Source of the DNA: Candidatus Kaiserbacteria bacterium
GTDB taxonomy: Bacteria > Patescibacteriota > Minisyncoccia > Phycocordibacterales > Phycocordibacteraceae
Direction of reading: 5' to 3'
Assembly (NCBI GenBank): GCA_963813065.1
Contig: CAWEXP010000004.1
Span: 7,267-71,266 of the forward strand
DNA: 64,000 nt
Each line of letters begins with the position of its first letter. The stretch's first letter is position 1. Positions 26,361 through 35,516 of this stretch are shown piece after piece. Both the position numbers and the translations under genes were made by a program. A model generated the notes under the pieces. The model saw only the letters and a list, made by a program, of their open reading frames with translations. It made no database searches and was not told the DNA's origin.

Positions 26361-26924
26361 TTACCCCGCCAAAAGATAAAACGCGAGGGCAATGCTCACT
26401 GCCGCCCACGCGAGGCCGCCGAGAATGTCGAGGAGTTCGTGTTGGCGGACAAAGACCGTCGAAACCGCGATGCAGAGCGCAATCGCCCAGATAAGGATGG
26501 CGAACGGCGGGAACGCGAGCGCGAGGAAATAGCCCGAGATAATCGAGAGATAGACGTGCGAGCTGGGGAACGCGTTTGCGAACCCTTCGTGGTGATAAAT
26601 CTCCTTCAAGACGCGGCGCAATTTCCCCTGTCCGACATTGAAGGGGTGCCGGAAACCCGTCGGGAAGAGATACCAGAAGAGCGCGGCAGAAAAGGAAGCG
26701 ATGGCTATCGAGGTATAAAACATGCTAGCGACGGGCGAGAAGAAGAGCGTCACGAACGCAAAAATGACGAAGGGAAAGAGGCTGACATACGGCACAACGA
26801 AGAGCGGCACAAGCGGTACGCGCCTATCCCACGCCGTCTTCCAGTAGTGTCGCGCATGGCGGCGGTTCAACGGGCCCCAGAGCGAGATACCAAAGAGCGC
26901 GACGACCAGCAAGAGCAGAGTCAT
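26361..26924 (-). CDS. PAP2-family phosphatase / phosphotransferase
   Basis: FPSSH, STVFVRQH...DI, multiple TM helices. Confidence 0.85.
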   Translation of the reverse strand: MTLLLLVVALFGISLWGPLNRRHARHYWKTAWDRRVPLVPLFVVPYVSLFPFVIFAFVTLFFSPVASMFYTSIAIASFSAALFWYLFPTGFRHPFNVGQGKLRRVLKEIYHHEGFANAFPSSHVYLSIISGYFLALAFPPFAILIWAIALCIAVSTVFVRQHELLDILGGLAWAAVSIALAFYLLAG

Positions 26925-26931
26925 GAGCGGA

Positions 26932-28244
26932 TTATACCGCGGAGTCGAGGTATGCACGGACATTCTCCGCGATGGTGCGGATAGTTTTTTCGAACTGTGC
27001 ATCATCTTGCTCGAGAAGCGTGAGCCGGAATCCGTAACGGTCGGAGTTGAAGCCGGAGGAGAGCGCGACGACGCAGATGCCGGTCTTTGCGAGGAGCTGG
27101 TACGCGAATCGCTGGTCGAGCTGGACGCCGTCGAGATACGGCGCGATGACTGCCCTCGCCTGCTCCGAAATGTTAAGTGACTGCTCTTTTTTTAAAACGC
27201 CATCACGGAAAACGACGGTCAGATAGAACGCGCCGTGCGCTGGGTGCAAAATAATTTCTGGAATCGCGGAGAAAATCTCGCACGCGAGTTTGCTCTTGCG
27301 GTCGTAGCTCGCCGTGCGCTCCGCGAGATACGGCAAGTAGCGCGCGTCGCTCATCACCTCGGGCAGGACTTTCTGCGGGAGCGTCGTCGAGCAGACCTCG
27401 AGCATCTTCGAATCAATCAGTGAGCGTGTGTAGCGGTCGAAGTTGCGGTCGGCAGAGCGATTGTAGAACTCGGCCCAGCCACAGCGGCTCCCGGGCCAGG
27501 GGAACTCCTTCGAGATGCCGCGTAGCGCAATCCCCGGCACCTCGCCGATGACCGAAGCGAGCTTCTTCATCATCGCGCCGTCGTAGGCAAGGTTGGAATA
27601 AATTTCATCCGAGATAATAAAAAGTTTGTAGCGACGCGCGATATCCACCATCTGCGCGAGCGTTTCCTGCGGATAGACGAAGCCCGTCGGATTGTCGGGA
27701 TTAATAATCAAAATGCCCGCAATCGAAGGATTATTCTGTATCTGTTCTTCGAGGTTCGCCACATCTGGTGCCCAACCCTTCTCTGGGTCGAGCCGGTAGG
27801 TCAGCGCGGGCGCATCGGCGTGCGCCGCCTCGGCCGAAGAATGTGTCGGGTATGCGGGGTTCGGCCCAATGACGCGCGCACCGGCGTTGAGGTTGGTATA
27901 GAGTTTCGAAATTGCGTCGCCGAGACCATTGAAAAATAAAATATCGTCGGCCGTAATCTGGATGCCGCCCTCGAGATTGCGCTCCTGCGCGATGTACGCG
28001 CGCGTGGCGTCGAGGCCGGCCGTCGGCGAGTAGGCGTAGGTCGCGGGGTCAGCCGCCGCTCTCTGCACAATCTCGCGTATCCACAGCGGCGGTGCGAAGC
28101 CCTTCGCGACCGGGTCGCCAATATTCTCCCAAACAATGGGCATGCCGAGTTTCTCGATCTCTTCGCGAGCGCGACTATCGCGCGAATCTCATAATGCAAT
28201 TGGTCCGCGCCGGGGTGTACGAGATTGGTCCGCATGAGCCTCAT
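26932..28244 (-). CDS. PLP-dependent aminotransferase class I/II (AlaA-like); frameshift near 28160
   Basis: YEIR, ENIGDP, INPDNPTG, SDEIY, ISKEFPWPGSRCGW. Confidence 0.88.
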
Positions 28245-28256
28245 ATACTACCGTAC

Positions 28257-28796
28257 TTAAAAATACTCCCCACCTTTGACATCGAAGGTGCGCTGGTCGA
28301 ACGAGACGACCATGTACCAGCCCCAGCAAATTTTTTCATTTTTTGCGCCGATGAAATCGAACCAATATTCGGGAACTTCTCGAAGTATTCGACCCAGAGT
28401 TACCGGCTCCTCGTCCGCCGGGTCGAACCTCATCATCATTTTTATCGGTGACGTTCCACCGCGACACTGTAGTGATCGCCGTCCTCGAAGGCACCACTAA
28501 AGATGACGGGCAGTTTTTCTTTCTGCAGAAAATAACGCAGGTCGTCGACCGTGCCGCCCGACTTGGCGAAGACGTGGCCGCCAATCTGCTTGACCGCGTG
28601 GATGAGCCCCTCGTGCTCGGTGCCGATCTCCATCGTCGCGTCGGCGAGTTGCGCGAGCTGGGCCTCGGAAAAATTCTTTGCCGAAATAGGAGAGGAGAAT
28701 CTTGAGTGACGCCGGGCCGCAAAAACCGGCACTCTGGGTGAAGTGCTGTACGGCGACGCCCGCAGGCGCTATGAGTTTGTTCCCGTCGAATGGCAT
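28257..28796 (-). CDS. Peptidase C39-like protein, split by about two frameshifts
   Basis: Q....CGPASL, LPVI, DHYSV, FDP across three ORF fragments. Confidence 0.7.
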
Positions 28797-28797
28797 G

Positions 28798-28868
28798 TGG
28801 ACCTAGGGAGAATCGAACTCCCGCCTCGTCAATGCGAATGACGCGTAATACCACTTTACTATAGGCCC
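28798..28868 (-). tRNA. tRNA-Ala(CGC)
   Basis: Anticodon arm CGTCA-TT CGC AT-TGACG, GTTCGATTC, G3-U70. Confidence 0.92.
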
Positions 28869-28905
28869 GTATAGGTTGTTATACCACGAACGGAAATTAT
28901 TTTCA

Positions 28906-29100
28906 TCGGGCCGCCGGGAACCGCGAGTACGCATTCTTCCGCGACTCTCGCCTCGCCGCCGCTCGGCTCGGTCGTGTCCGCGCCTCGGCATCGCGCACTG
29001 CTGTGCGTGATAGGCCTGCGGCTTTCGATTCCCAACGTTCAGCGCGCAGGCGCTGAACTGCGGCCCTCACTCCGCCTTGCTTCGTTCGGGCCGCCGGGAA
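28906..29100. repeat. 15-bp direct repeat of tRNA-Pro 3' end flanking a 165-bp hairpin-rich spacer
   Basis: tcgggccgccgggaa at 28906-28920 and 29086-29100. Confidence 0.75.
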
Positions 29101-29156
29101 TCGAACCCGGTCTGCATGACCCCCAGCCATGCGTACTACCAGCATACGCCGGCCCG
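29086..29156 (-). tRNA. tRNA-Pro(GGG)
   Basis: CGGGCCG acceptor, CATGG-CT GGG GG-TCATG anticodon arm, GGTTCGATTCC. Confidence 0.92.
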
Positions 29157-29170
29157 TCTTCTTGAGCGTA

Positions 29171-29635
29171 TCAGTTGAGTAGGATGATGCCAAGGTTGAG
29201 CGTTGCGGCATACGAGACCCAGAGCAGATATGGCAGGAGGAGCCATGCCGCGGTGCGCGACTGGCGTGCAAAGAGAAACACGAGCCAGAGAATGAGCATC
29301 CAGAGCAAGACGATAATCGCAAATGCAAATCGCGACGCGTGGAGCCCGAAAAAAATAATCGACCAGAGAGCGTTCAGCACGAGCTGTAGGAAAAATATTT
29401 TAATCACAAACGCACGACCCGACCGCCGAGCACGCCACACGAGGAGCGCGGCGATGCCCATCAGGAGATACAGCGTCGTCCATACCGGCGCAAAGACCCA
29501 CGCGGGCGGCGTCCACGAGGGTTGTACGAGATGCGCGTACCACGTTGTGATCTGCGAGGTCGTGAAGAGTGAACCGATGGCTCCGGCAATAAAAGGAGAA
29601 ACGAAACAAAGCGTCGGCATACACCAGCGAGGCAT
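29171..29635 (-). CDS. tspO: TspO/MBR family protein
   Basis: WY..L.QPSWTPPAWVFAPVWTTLY, LNALWS.IFF, PYLLWVSYA. Confidence 0.93.
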   Translation of the reverse strand: MPRWCMPTLCFVSPFIAGAIGSLFTTSQITTWYAHLVQPSWTPPAWVFAPVWTTLYLLMGIAALLVWRARRSGRAFVIKIFFLQLVLNALWSIIFFGLHASRFAFAIIVLLWMLILWLVFLFARQSRTAAWLLLPYLLWVSYAATLNLGIILLN

Positions 29636-29682
29636 AGATGTATGGTAGCACTCGCGCTTCTCCTCTTCCGAGCTGTCCTCTG

Positions 29683-29753
29683 TCGGGCCGCCGAGAATTG
29701 AACTCGGTCCTTACGCACCCGAAGCGCATGTACTACCGGCATACTCCGGCCCG
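29683..29753 (-). tRNA. tRNA-Pro(CGG)
   Basis: TGCGC-TT CGG GT-GCGTA anticodon arm, GTTCAATTC. Confidence 0.92.
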
Positions 29754-29778
29754 ACACAAGACATCTCTATCGCACAGG

Positions 29779-29852
29779 TGGGCGGTACAGGATTCGGACC
29801 TGTGACCTTACGCGTGTGAAGCGTACGCTCTAACCAACTGAGCTAACCGCCC
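29779..29852 (-). tRNA. tRNA-Val(CAC)
   Basis: TACGC-TT CAC AC-GCGTA; T-loop reads GTCCGAATC (variant). Confidence 0.88.
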
Positions 29853-29928
29853 TAAACCAAGCTTCGCTTGGTCGGGCGAACGCCGCATGGCGGCGTTATA
29901 GCCCTCGCACACCATACCAGACCCGAGC

Positions 29929-30888
29929 CTAGATGCCCAGATTCGCGATTGCTGTTTTCACTTCGTTGATCGGGAGCGAGAAGCCGATATTCTCCGAACC
30001 TTGCACCGTCGCGACGTTCACGCCGATGGCCTCACCATTGAGCGTGACCAACGGGCCGCCCGAGTTGCCGGGATTGATGGCCGCGTCGGTCTGGATGACG
30101 CCGTTGAGGGTCTCGGAGGCGCCGGTCTCGGCATCGGCGGCTGTGATGCTCCGATTCAGTCCCGAGATGACACCGGTGGAGACCGAATTATTATATTGTC
30201 CAAGCGCATTCCCCACCGCGAAAACCGACTCACCGAGCGAGAGTGTCGAGGAATCGCCGAGTGGAAGCGTCGGGTAGCCACTGCCCGCGATTTTCACCAC
30301 CGCGAGATCGTTGGTCGACGATCGCCAGACGACAGTGCCGGTCGCCTGTTTGCCGCTCGCGAGGAGGACGGTGTAGGTCGCGTCGGCGTCGGGCACGACG
30401 TGCTTGTTGGTCAAGATGTATCCCGAAGAGCGGATGATGAAACCGGTGCCCGCCGCGACTTGCTGAGTCGTCGTCCCCACTTGCTGATACACCGGCACCT
30501 GCATGCCGAATCCACCGAAGAACGGATCGTTGCCAAAAGGATTCTCGTAGGTGACCTGCAATTGCGGCACGACTTTGCTCTCGACAATCGAAACGACTGC
30601 GGGTGCCGCGGCCGCAACGGCATTCTGGAGACTCTGGTCCTCGGATTTATTGACGATGGTTTGGCGATGTTGGAGCTCGCTGATGTTCGCCGCCGCTTGT
30701 GCCGCGGTGGTGCTCGCCGTGGTGGCAAGTGTCGCGAAACGCACGTTCAATTCTTCAAGCGACGTCTTGAGATTCGAAACGGAGGCGTTGAGCGATTCAA
30801 CGCGTTGGTATTCAATCAAACTAACGACGGCAATAATCAACACGGCACACAACGTCGCGAGCCACACTTGTTTATTGAGGCCTTTCAT
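29929..30888 (-). CDS. HtrA-like trypsin serine protease without PDZ, N-terminal TM and coiled coil
   Basis: GTGFII, TNKHVV, DLAVVKI, TDAAINPGNSGGPL. Confidence 0.92.
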   Translation of the reverse strand: MKGLNKQVWLATLCAVLIIAVVSLIEYQRVESLNASVSNLKTSLEELNVRFATLATTASTTAAQAAANISELQHRQTIVNKSEDQSLQNAVAAAAPAVVSIVESKVVPQLQVTYENPFGNDPFFGGFGMQVPVYQQVGTTTQQVAAGTGFIIRSSGYILTNKHVVPDADATYTVLLASGKQATGTVVWRSSTNDLAVVKIAGSGYPTLPLGDSSTLSLGESVFAVGNALGQYNNSVSTGVISGLNRSITAADAETGASETLNGVIQTDAAINPGNSGGPLVTLNGEAIGVNVATVQGSENIGFSLPINEVKTAIANLGI

Positions 30889-30975
30889 ACGTTCTAGTAT
30901 ACGCGACCAGGGCACGGGTTGTTTTGGATAGAAAAAGCCCCGGCAATTAAGCCGGGGCAAACGAACAAAGAACGG

Positions 30976-32976
30976 TTAGGCCGTGGGCGGAGGAGCGACT
31001 GTTGCCAACACGGGAGGCGCTGAGGCTTCAACCACAGGCTTCGGCGTCTCGATGCTCTTATCGGTGACGTTCTTGAGGAACTTCATCGCCAGAGCCTCCA
31101 GTCCGCCACCCTGTCCTGCCACCAAGATTTGTGGCATGAAGGGCTGACTGCTTTCGGCAAGCGCGCGAACGACGTTGATGATGGTCGTTCCTTCATCGCC
31201 AACCGCATCGCGTTGTGCCTTTAAGCCCACTGCCACCGCCAGACCTTGCGCTTCGACTTGGACGGCGCTGGCCTTGCCAACCTTTTCGAGCTTGAACGCC
31301 TCGCCTTCGGCAGACTTTTTCACTGCCTCTGCCAAGTTGGCGGCAATGCTTATGCCGACCTCGGACTTCGCCAGGGCAGCCTGTTGATCAGCCTTGCCGC
31401 GCGACTGTTCGAGCGTGAGACGTTCAGTCTGTGCCCTTTCTTCGGCCTTGTAGGTCTCTTGTTGCTGAGTCGCCACTTCGCGAGCCTGCAACACATCAAC
31501 GATCGCCTTGGGCAAGACGACGTCCTGGATGTAGACGCCGCGCGTTTCGACTCGATAGTCAGCAAGTTTTGCCTTGATATGTTGTTCGGCATCCTGCTGG
31601 ACCTTCGCACGGTCTTGGATGAACTGGACCGCTGCCATGCTTTGCAACTTGTCACGGAAGTGGTTGCCCACCGCCGCCTGCAGAACCTCGTTGACGAGGT
31701 TATACATGGTACCTACCATCGAGATTACTTTCGGCGCTTCGGTGTCCGGCACGTGGATCTGCACCTGCAGATCGATGCTGAACTCGAACCCTTCCTTCGA
31801 CTTCGCGTCGATGGCCTTGAGTTCTTTGTCGAGATTGTGCGCCTTCGAGTCCGCCTCGGCCCAGTTGAGGGTCAAGATGGCCGTCGGTACTTTCTCGACA
31901 TTGTAACAACGCGGATTGATGGCGTATTTGCCGGTGCGAAGCGATTCGCGCCATACGCCACGATGTCCAGGACGCACTAGGGAACCGAACTTGAATTCGG
32001 CACCGGAGGTGTCTTCGGTCGCGAGACCGACATAGGCCTTCACCACCGCCACTTCGCCCTGGTTGACGACGAGCATCGGTACCATCTCGACCGAAACCAG
32101 AAATGGATTCAGCGTGTACGCACCGTAGAGGAGCGGATCATGCTGAAGACCGATACGTCCGCCGTTGTCGACGAATTTCTGGAAGTCCTGGTAGTTATTG
32201 TGGAGGACATTCTTGTTAGAAAGAATGGTTTCCACCAGGGTACTGTCGGCCATCGTGGCCTCGGATTCCAACTTAGATATGTCGTCGAAGTCGCCGAGTC
32301 GGTTTGCGATGGCGCCCTTAGGAATCGGCGCGCCGTCGAACGTGGTCACAATGCCGATCATATCGACGATCTGACCATCGCGTTCGTGTTTTGGCTCAAT
32401 GCGTGTCACTTCGAGCTGGTTTTGCTGGAGACCGAACGCATCCGGCGTGAGACCGCCCTTTTGGTATACCTTTGCCTGGATTTCCTCGTCGATCGGCAGA
32501 CCGAAGACCTGATCCCGTGTGATGACGATAAAACCAAGCGGATGGATTGGGGCCACGGTGCCCGGCGGAAGTACCGGACGCTGGAGACCTTTCTGGCCGT
32601 GGTTATCAACGAATGCCTTCAGGTCCTGGAAGTTTCCGAATTCCGGTTTGTAATCAGCCGACTTCGCACCGGTCGGCAACGCATCGCCGACTTGTGAGAT
32701 GACGACACCGATTTGCCCGGCTGGGATCTGGACCCAAGGGTGACGCGTAACCGCATAGAGCGGCCAAAGTTTGAATTGCAGTCCCGGCTTCAAGAGGTCG
32801 GCCTGATAGCCCGCTTCGCCATTGAAGGCGATGGTTCCACTGGTGAGCTTCTTGAAGCTGAACCGCTTTCGAACGAGACCCATCTCAGTCGCCCCGATGT
32901 TGCGGAACGACAGGAATAACGTGAAGAGAACGAGAATCGAGAGTACCAGTACCGGTACTCCAAGTATGATCGACAT
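30976..32976 (-). CDS. SPFH/band 7/flotillin-like membrane protein
   Basis: N-terminal TM, repeated G..G.Q..L.PG units, SPFH domain SKEGFEFSIDLQV, coiled-coil tail. Confidence 0.88.
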   Translation of the reverse strand: MSIILGVPVLVLSILVLFTLFLSFRNIGATEMGLVRKRFSFKKLTSGTIAFNGEAGYQADLLKPGLQFKLWPLYAVTRHPWVQIPAGQIGVVISQVGDALPTGAKSADYKPEFGNFQDLKAFVDNHGQKGLQRPVLPPGTVAPIHPLGFIVITRDQVFGLPIDEEIQAKVYQKGGLTPDAFGLQQNQLEVTRIEPKHERDGQIVDMIGIVTTFDGAPIPKGAIANRLGDFDDISKLESEATMADSTLVETILSNKNVLHNNYQDFQKFVDNGGRIGLQHDPLLYGAYTLNPFLVSVEMVPMLVVNQGEVAVVKAYVGLATEDTSGAEFKFGSLVRPGHRGVWRESLRTGKYAINPRCYNVEKVPTAILTLNWAEADSKAHNLDKELKAIDAKSKEGFEFSIDLQVQIHVPDTEAPKVISMVGTMYNLVNEVLQAAVGNHFRDKLQSMAAVQFIQDRAKVQQDAEQHIKAKLADYRVETRGVYIQDVVLPKAIVDVLQAREVATQQQETYKAEERAQTERLTLEQSRGKADQQAALAKSEVGISIAANLAEAVKKSAEGEAFKLEKVGKASAVQVEAQGLAVAVGLKAQRDAVGDEGTTIINVVRALAESSQPFMPQILVAGQGGGLEALAMKFLKNVTDKSIETPKPVVEASAPPVLATVAPPPTA

Positions 32977-33088
32977 GCAGAGTCTCCCTGCTTGTTGACA
33001 AAGAACCTCCTCTTGCGAGGAAGTAGCGAGCACGATGCCCATCTGGAGAGAACCTTAACGCAGACTGGACTCCCTGTCAAAACTTTTG

Positions 33089-33197
33089 TGGACCCTAGCG
33101 GATTTGAACCGCTGACCCCCTCATTGCAAATGAGGTGCTCCCCGCCCGACCGAGCGGCCCTGTGGAGCTCGGCCGTTCGGGCGGGTACCAGCTGAGC
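33089..33197 (-). pseudogene. Second tRNA-Ala(UGC) fragment with 45-nt palindromic insertion in the D arm and no 5' acceptor strand
   Basis: Anticodon and T arms intact; cccgcccgac...gttcgggcggg (33141-33185) inserted between TGGTA and GAGC. Confidence 0.75.
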
Positions 33198-33208
33198 GAA
33201 CGACTGTG

Positions 33209-33281
33209 TGGACCGTACCAGATTTGAACTGGTGACCTCCTCATTGCAAATGAGGCGCTCTACCAACTGAGCTAACGGCCC
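33209..33281 (-). tRNA. tRNA-Ala(UGC)
   Basis: GGGCCGT/ACGGTCC acceptor with G3-U70, CCTCA-TT TGC AA-TGAGG. Confidence 0.93.
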
Positions 33282-33520
33282 TGATCTATTTGTTTTGCAA
33301 GGAATCGACGGCCAGCCGCCGTCTTGAAATATAATTCACGATTCCTAGCTTCTTCAAACGTATCAAATTCCTCAATATACACAACTTTGAGTTCTTGCAT
33401 TCGTGAAGTTGTGCGTGTATGTCCACTTCTATGTTCGCGTAGTCTTCTTTCAAGATTATTCGTCATCCCTTTATATAGTTTTCCATTTTTATCTCGAAGA
33501 ACGTAAGAAATGAACTTCAT
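33272..33520 (-). CDS. Small GIY-YIG nuclease (low GC); stop codon lies inside tRNA-Ala 5' end
   Basis: SYVL...LYKGMTNNLERRLREH...EEA.NRE.YFKT..GR. Confidence 0.9.
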   Translation of the reverse strand: MKFISYVLRDKNGKLYKGMTNNLERRLREHRSGHTRTTSRMQELKVVYIEEFDTFEEARNRELYFKTAAGRRFLAKQIDQGR

Positions 33521-34449
33521 TATCGTTCTAATGCCAAATTGACCAGATGCCCAAGAAAGTCAGGAAGCGGAACGCCAACCGAGGAGAGCGCGAGCGCCAT
33601 CGGGGAGCCCGCGCCGAGCCGCGGGAGCGGACTGGTCTCGAGATAGTAGACACCCGAGGGTGCGACGACGAAGTCGCTCTCGGAGTAGTGACGCAGGTCG
33701 AGCGAGCGATGCAGGAGCTTGGCGGCTCGCGTGAGCTCTTCGCGCGCGACGCGCGAAAAGTTGCCCGGACAGACGAGTCGCTCCTCCTCGCCCACAAGCG
33801 TAGACTCGACCGAGGGCAAGACGTAGAGTGCTTCGCCACGCAAACCCTCGACCACTGCAACCGAGGCACGCGGACCGCGAATGTATTCTTCGACCAGCAC
33901 GGCCGGTGCTCCCTCGGCAAACAGTTTCTCAATTGCAGAGAGCACGTGTGCATAGCCACCGACGACTGACGCGCCAACCGGCCCCCACCCCACTGGCTTC
34001 ACCACCACGGGCTGGGAGAACGCGCGGATAATTTCGTGGACGTTTCCTTCAATCGCACGCGCGTCGTCGAGATAGCGCGAGGAGGGCGTGAGCAAGCCAG
34101 CTTCCTGCGCACGCGCTTTCGCCATCAGCTTATGCAGAGCGACATGCGCGTTGAAAGCCTCACTGCCGCTGTAGGGCACGCCCGCTCTCTGCAGAATTTT
34201 CTGCACTTCGCCGTCCTCGCCATACTCGCCGTGGAGGGCGATGAGCACGACATCGAGCTGGCGGAGCGCGCGATCGGGCGTCGTGGGGCGACCGCGGTCG
34301 TGCCACGCGCCGCTTTTATCGATATAGATGTCGCGCGTTTGAAAGCGCTCCTCGGGCAGTTTGGAGAGCATCACCGCGCCCGTCGCGAGCGATGCCTCGT
34401 GCTGGCGTGATGGCCCGCCTCGCAGAACGCCGACGACCGTGCCTTGCAT
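33520..34449 (-). CDS. D-alanine--D-alanine ligase-like ATP-grasp protein (degenerate)
   Basis: GVLRGGPS.QHEASL, ALHGEYGEDGEVQ, VVKP, VEEYI.G; C-terminal motifs altered. Confidence 0.8.
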   Translation of the reverse strand: MQGTVVGVLRGGPSRQHEASLATGAVMLSKLPEERFQTRDIYIDKSGAWHDRGRPTTPDRALRQLDVVLIALHGEYGEDGEVQKILQRAGVPYSGSEAFNAHVALHKLMAKARAQEAGLLTPSSRYLDDARAIEGNVHEIIRAFSQPVVVKPVGWGPVGASVVGGYAHVLSAIEKLFAEGAPAVLVEEYIRGPRASVAVVEGLRGEALYVLPSVESTLVGEEERLVCPGNFSRVAREELTRAAKLLHRSLDLRHYSESDFVVAPSGVYYLETSPLPRLGAGSPMALALSSVGVPLPDFLGHLVNLALER

Positions 34450-34453
34450 GAGA

Positions 34454-35101
34454 TTAGTGTACCGCCTCCCCGCGATATACGAAATACGAGTAGATCACGG
34501 GCACCAGTACCGCAACGCCGATTGGTGCAAAAATCCACCAGAGCGCAAACTGTGGCTCGATGAGTCCACCGAGGAAGATGGTGACGCCCGCCGCCTTGAA
34601 GAGGATGCTGGCGAGGTGATGGGTCTTCCGCCAGACCGTATCGCTCGAGATAGTCCACGGCGTGCGAATGCCGACGAACCAGTTGCGCTTGATCTTGATC
34701 AATAAGAAGCCGATGATAAAGATGAGGATGCCGAGCGCCGGCATAATGGCGCTGAGCATATTGACCTGCCAGCCGAGGTTGATGCCGAGCATGAGTGCGT
34801 AGACGTATGCGAGGAAGGAGACGATGAGGAACCAGAGGAAATCGTACACATAGCGGAAACTCTTGAAATGTCGATCGAGCGGATCGATGCGCGGCAGAAG
34901 CGCCCAGACGCCGATAATGAAAAGCATAATGAACGGCAGAAGGAATGTGCCCCAGAACTTTCCCAGCACGCCGTTCGGGTGGCCCGTCGCATTCCAGTGC
35001 GAGATAAGATGCGCGGGGAGCGCAGGATACACGAGCGCGCCGGTGATGAAGCACGCGATAACGATGATGAAAAGTAGGGTGCCGACAAATTTTGGTCTCA
35101 T
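34454..35101 (-). CDS. SdpI/DUF1648 family membrane protein
   Basis: SHWNATG.PNG, NWFVGIRTPWT...W.KTH. Confidence 0.9.
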   Translation of the reverse strand: MRPKFVGTLLFIIVIACFITGALVYPALPAHLISHWNATGHPNGVLGKFWGTFLLPFIMLFIIGVWALLPRIDPLDRHFKSFRYVYDFLWFLIVSFLAYVYALMLGINLGWQVNMLSAIMPALGILIFIIGFLLIKIKRNWFVGIRTPWTISSDTVWRKTHHLASILFKAAGVTIFLGGLIEPQFALWWIFAPIGVAVLVPVIYSYFVYRGEAVH

Positions 35102-35145
35102 CCCACAAGTATACCAATAAAAAAACCGGCGGCGTGGGCCGTCGG

Positions 35146-35469
35146 TTAGTGTGTCGGGGGCAATAAAGGGTCGCGTTTTTCGAGAGGGACGTAGTTCCGC
35201 ACCCCCTCGATGACGGACGCCATGTAGATTGCTCCGCACGCGTCGCAGTAATACTGATGATAGACCGTGAAGTTATCGAGCAAGCTCTGTGGCGTCGGCG
35301 TCGAGCCGAGGACCAACTGATGCGCATTAGGATTGGCCCCACTCGCATGATCGGTGATCGTTGCTTTCCCGCAGTTGCAGGCTAGTTCGGTATCGAAGTT
35401 TTGACAATACTTCGTTCGTGCCGCGACCAGAGCGTGCGTGCACCGGTCGTTTCTCGATTGACCAGACAT
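35146..35469 (-). CDS. Hypothetical Cys-rich protein
   Basis: CNCG, YYCDACGA; GGAG upstream. Confidence 0.5.
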   Translation of the reverse strand: MSGQSRNDRCTHALVAARTKYCQNFDTELACNCGKATITDHASGANPNAHQLVLGSTPTPQSLLDNFTVYHQYYCDACGAIYMASVIEGVRNYVPLEKRDPLLPPTH

Positions 35470-35516
35470 CGCAGGCTCCTATAGACAACTCTGGAGAAAA
35501 TAATAGCTTGCGCTTT

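Noticed and set aside
28794-28800. tRNA-Ala(CGC) 3' end abutting the C39 peptidase ATG as an integration scar
   Set aside because: No duplicated tRNA 3' end or integrase found downstream; compact gene packing is sufficient.
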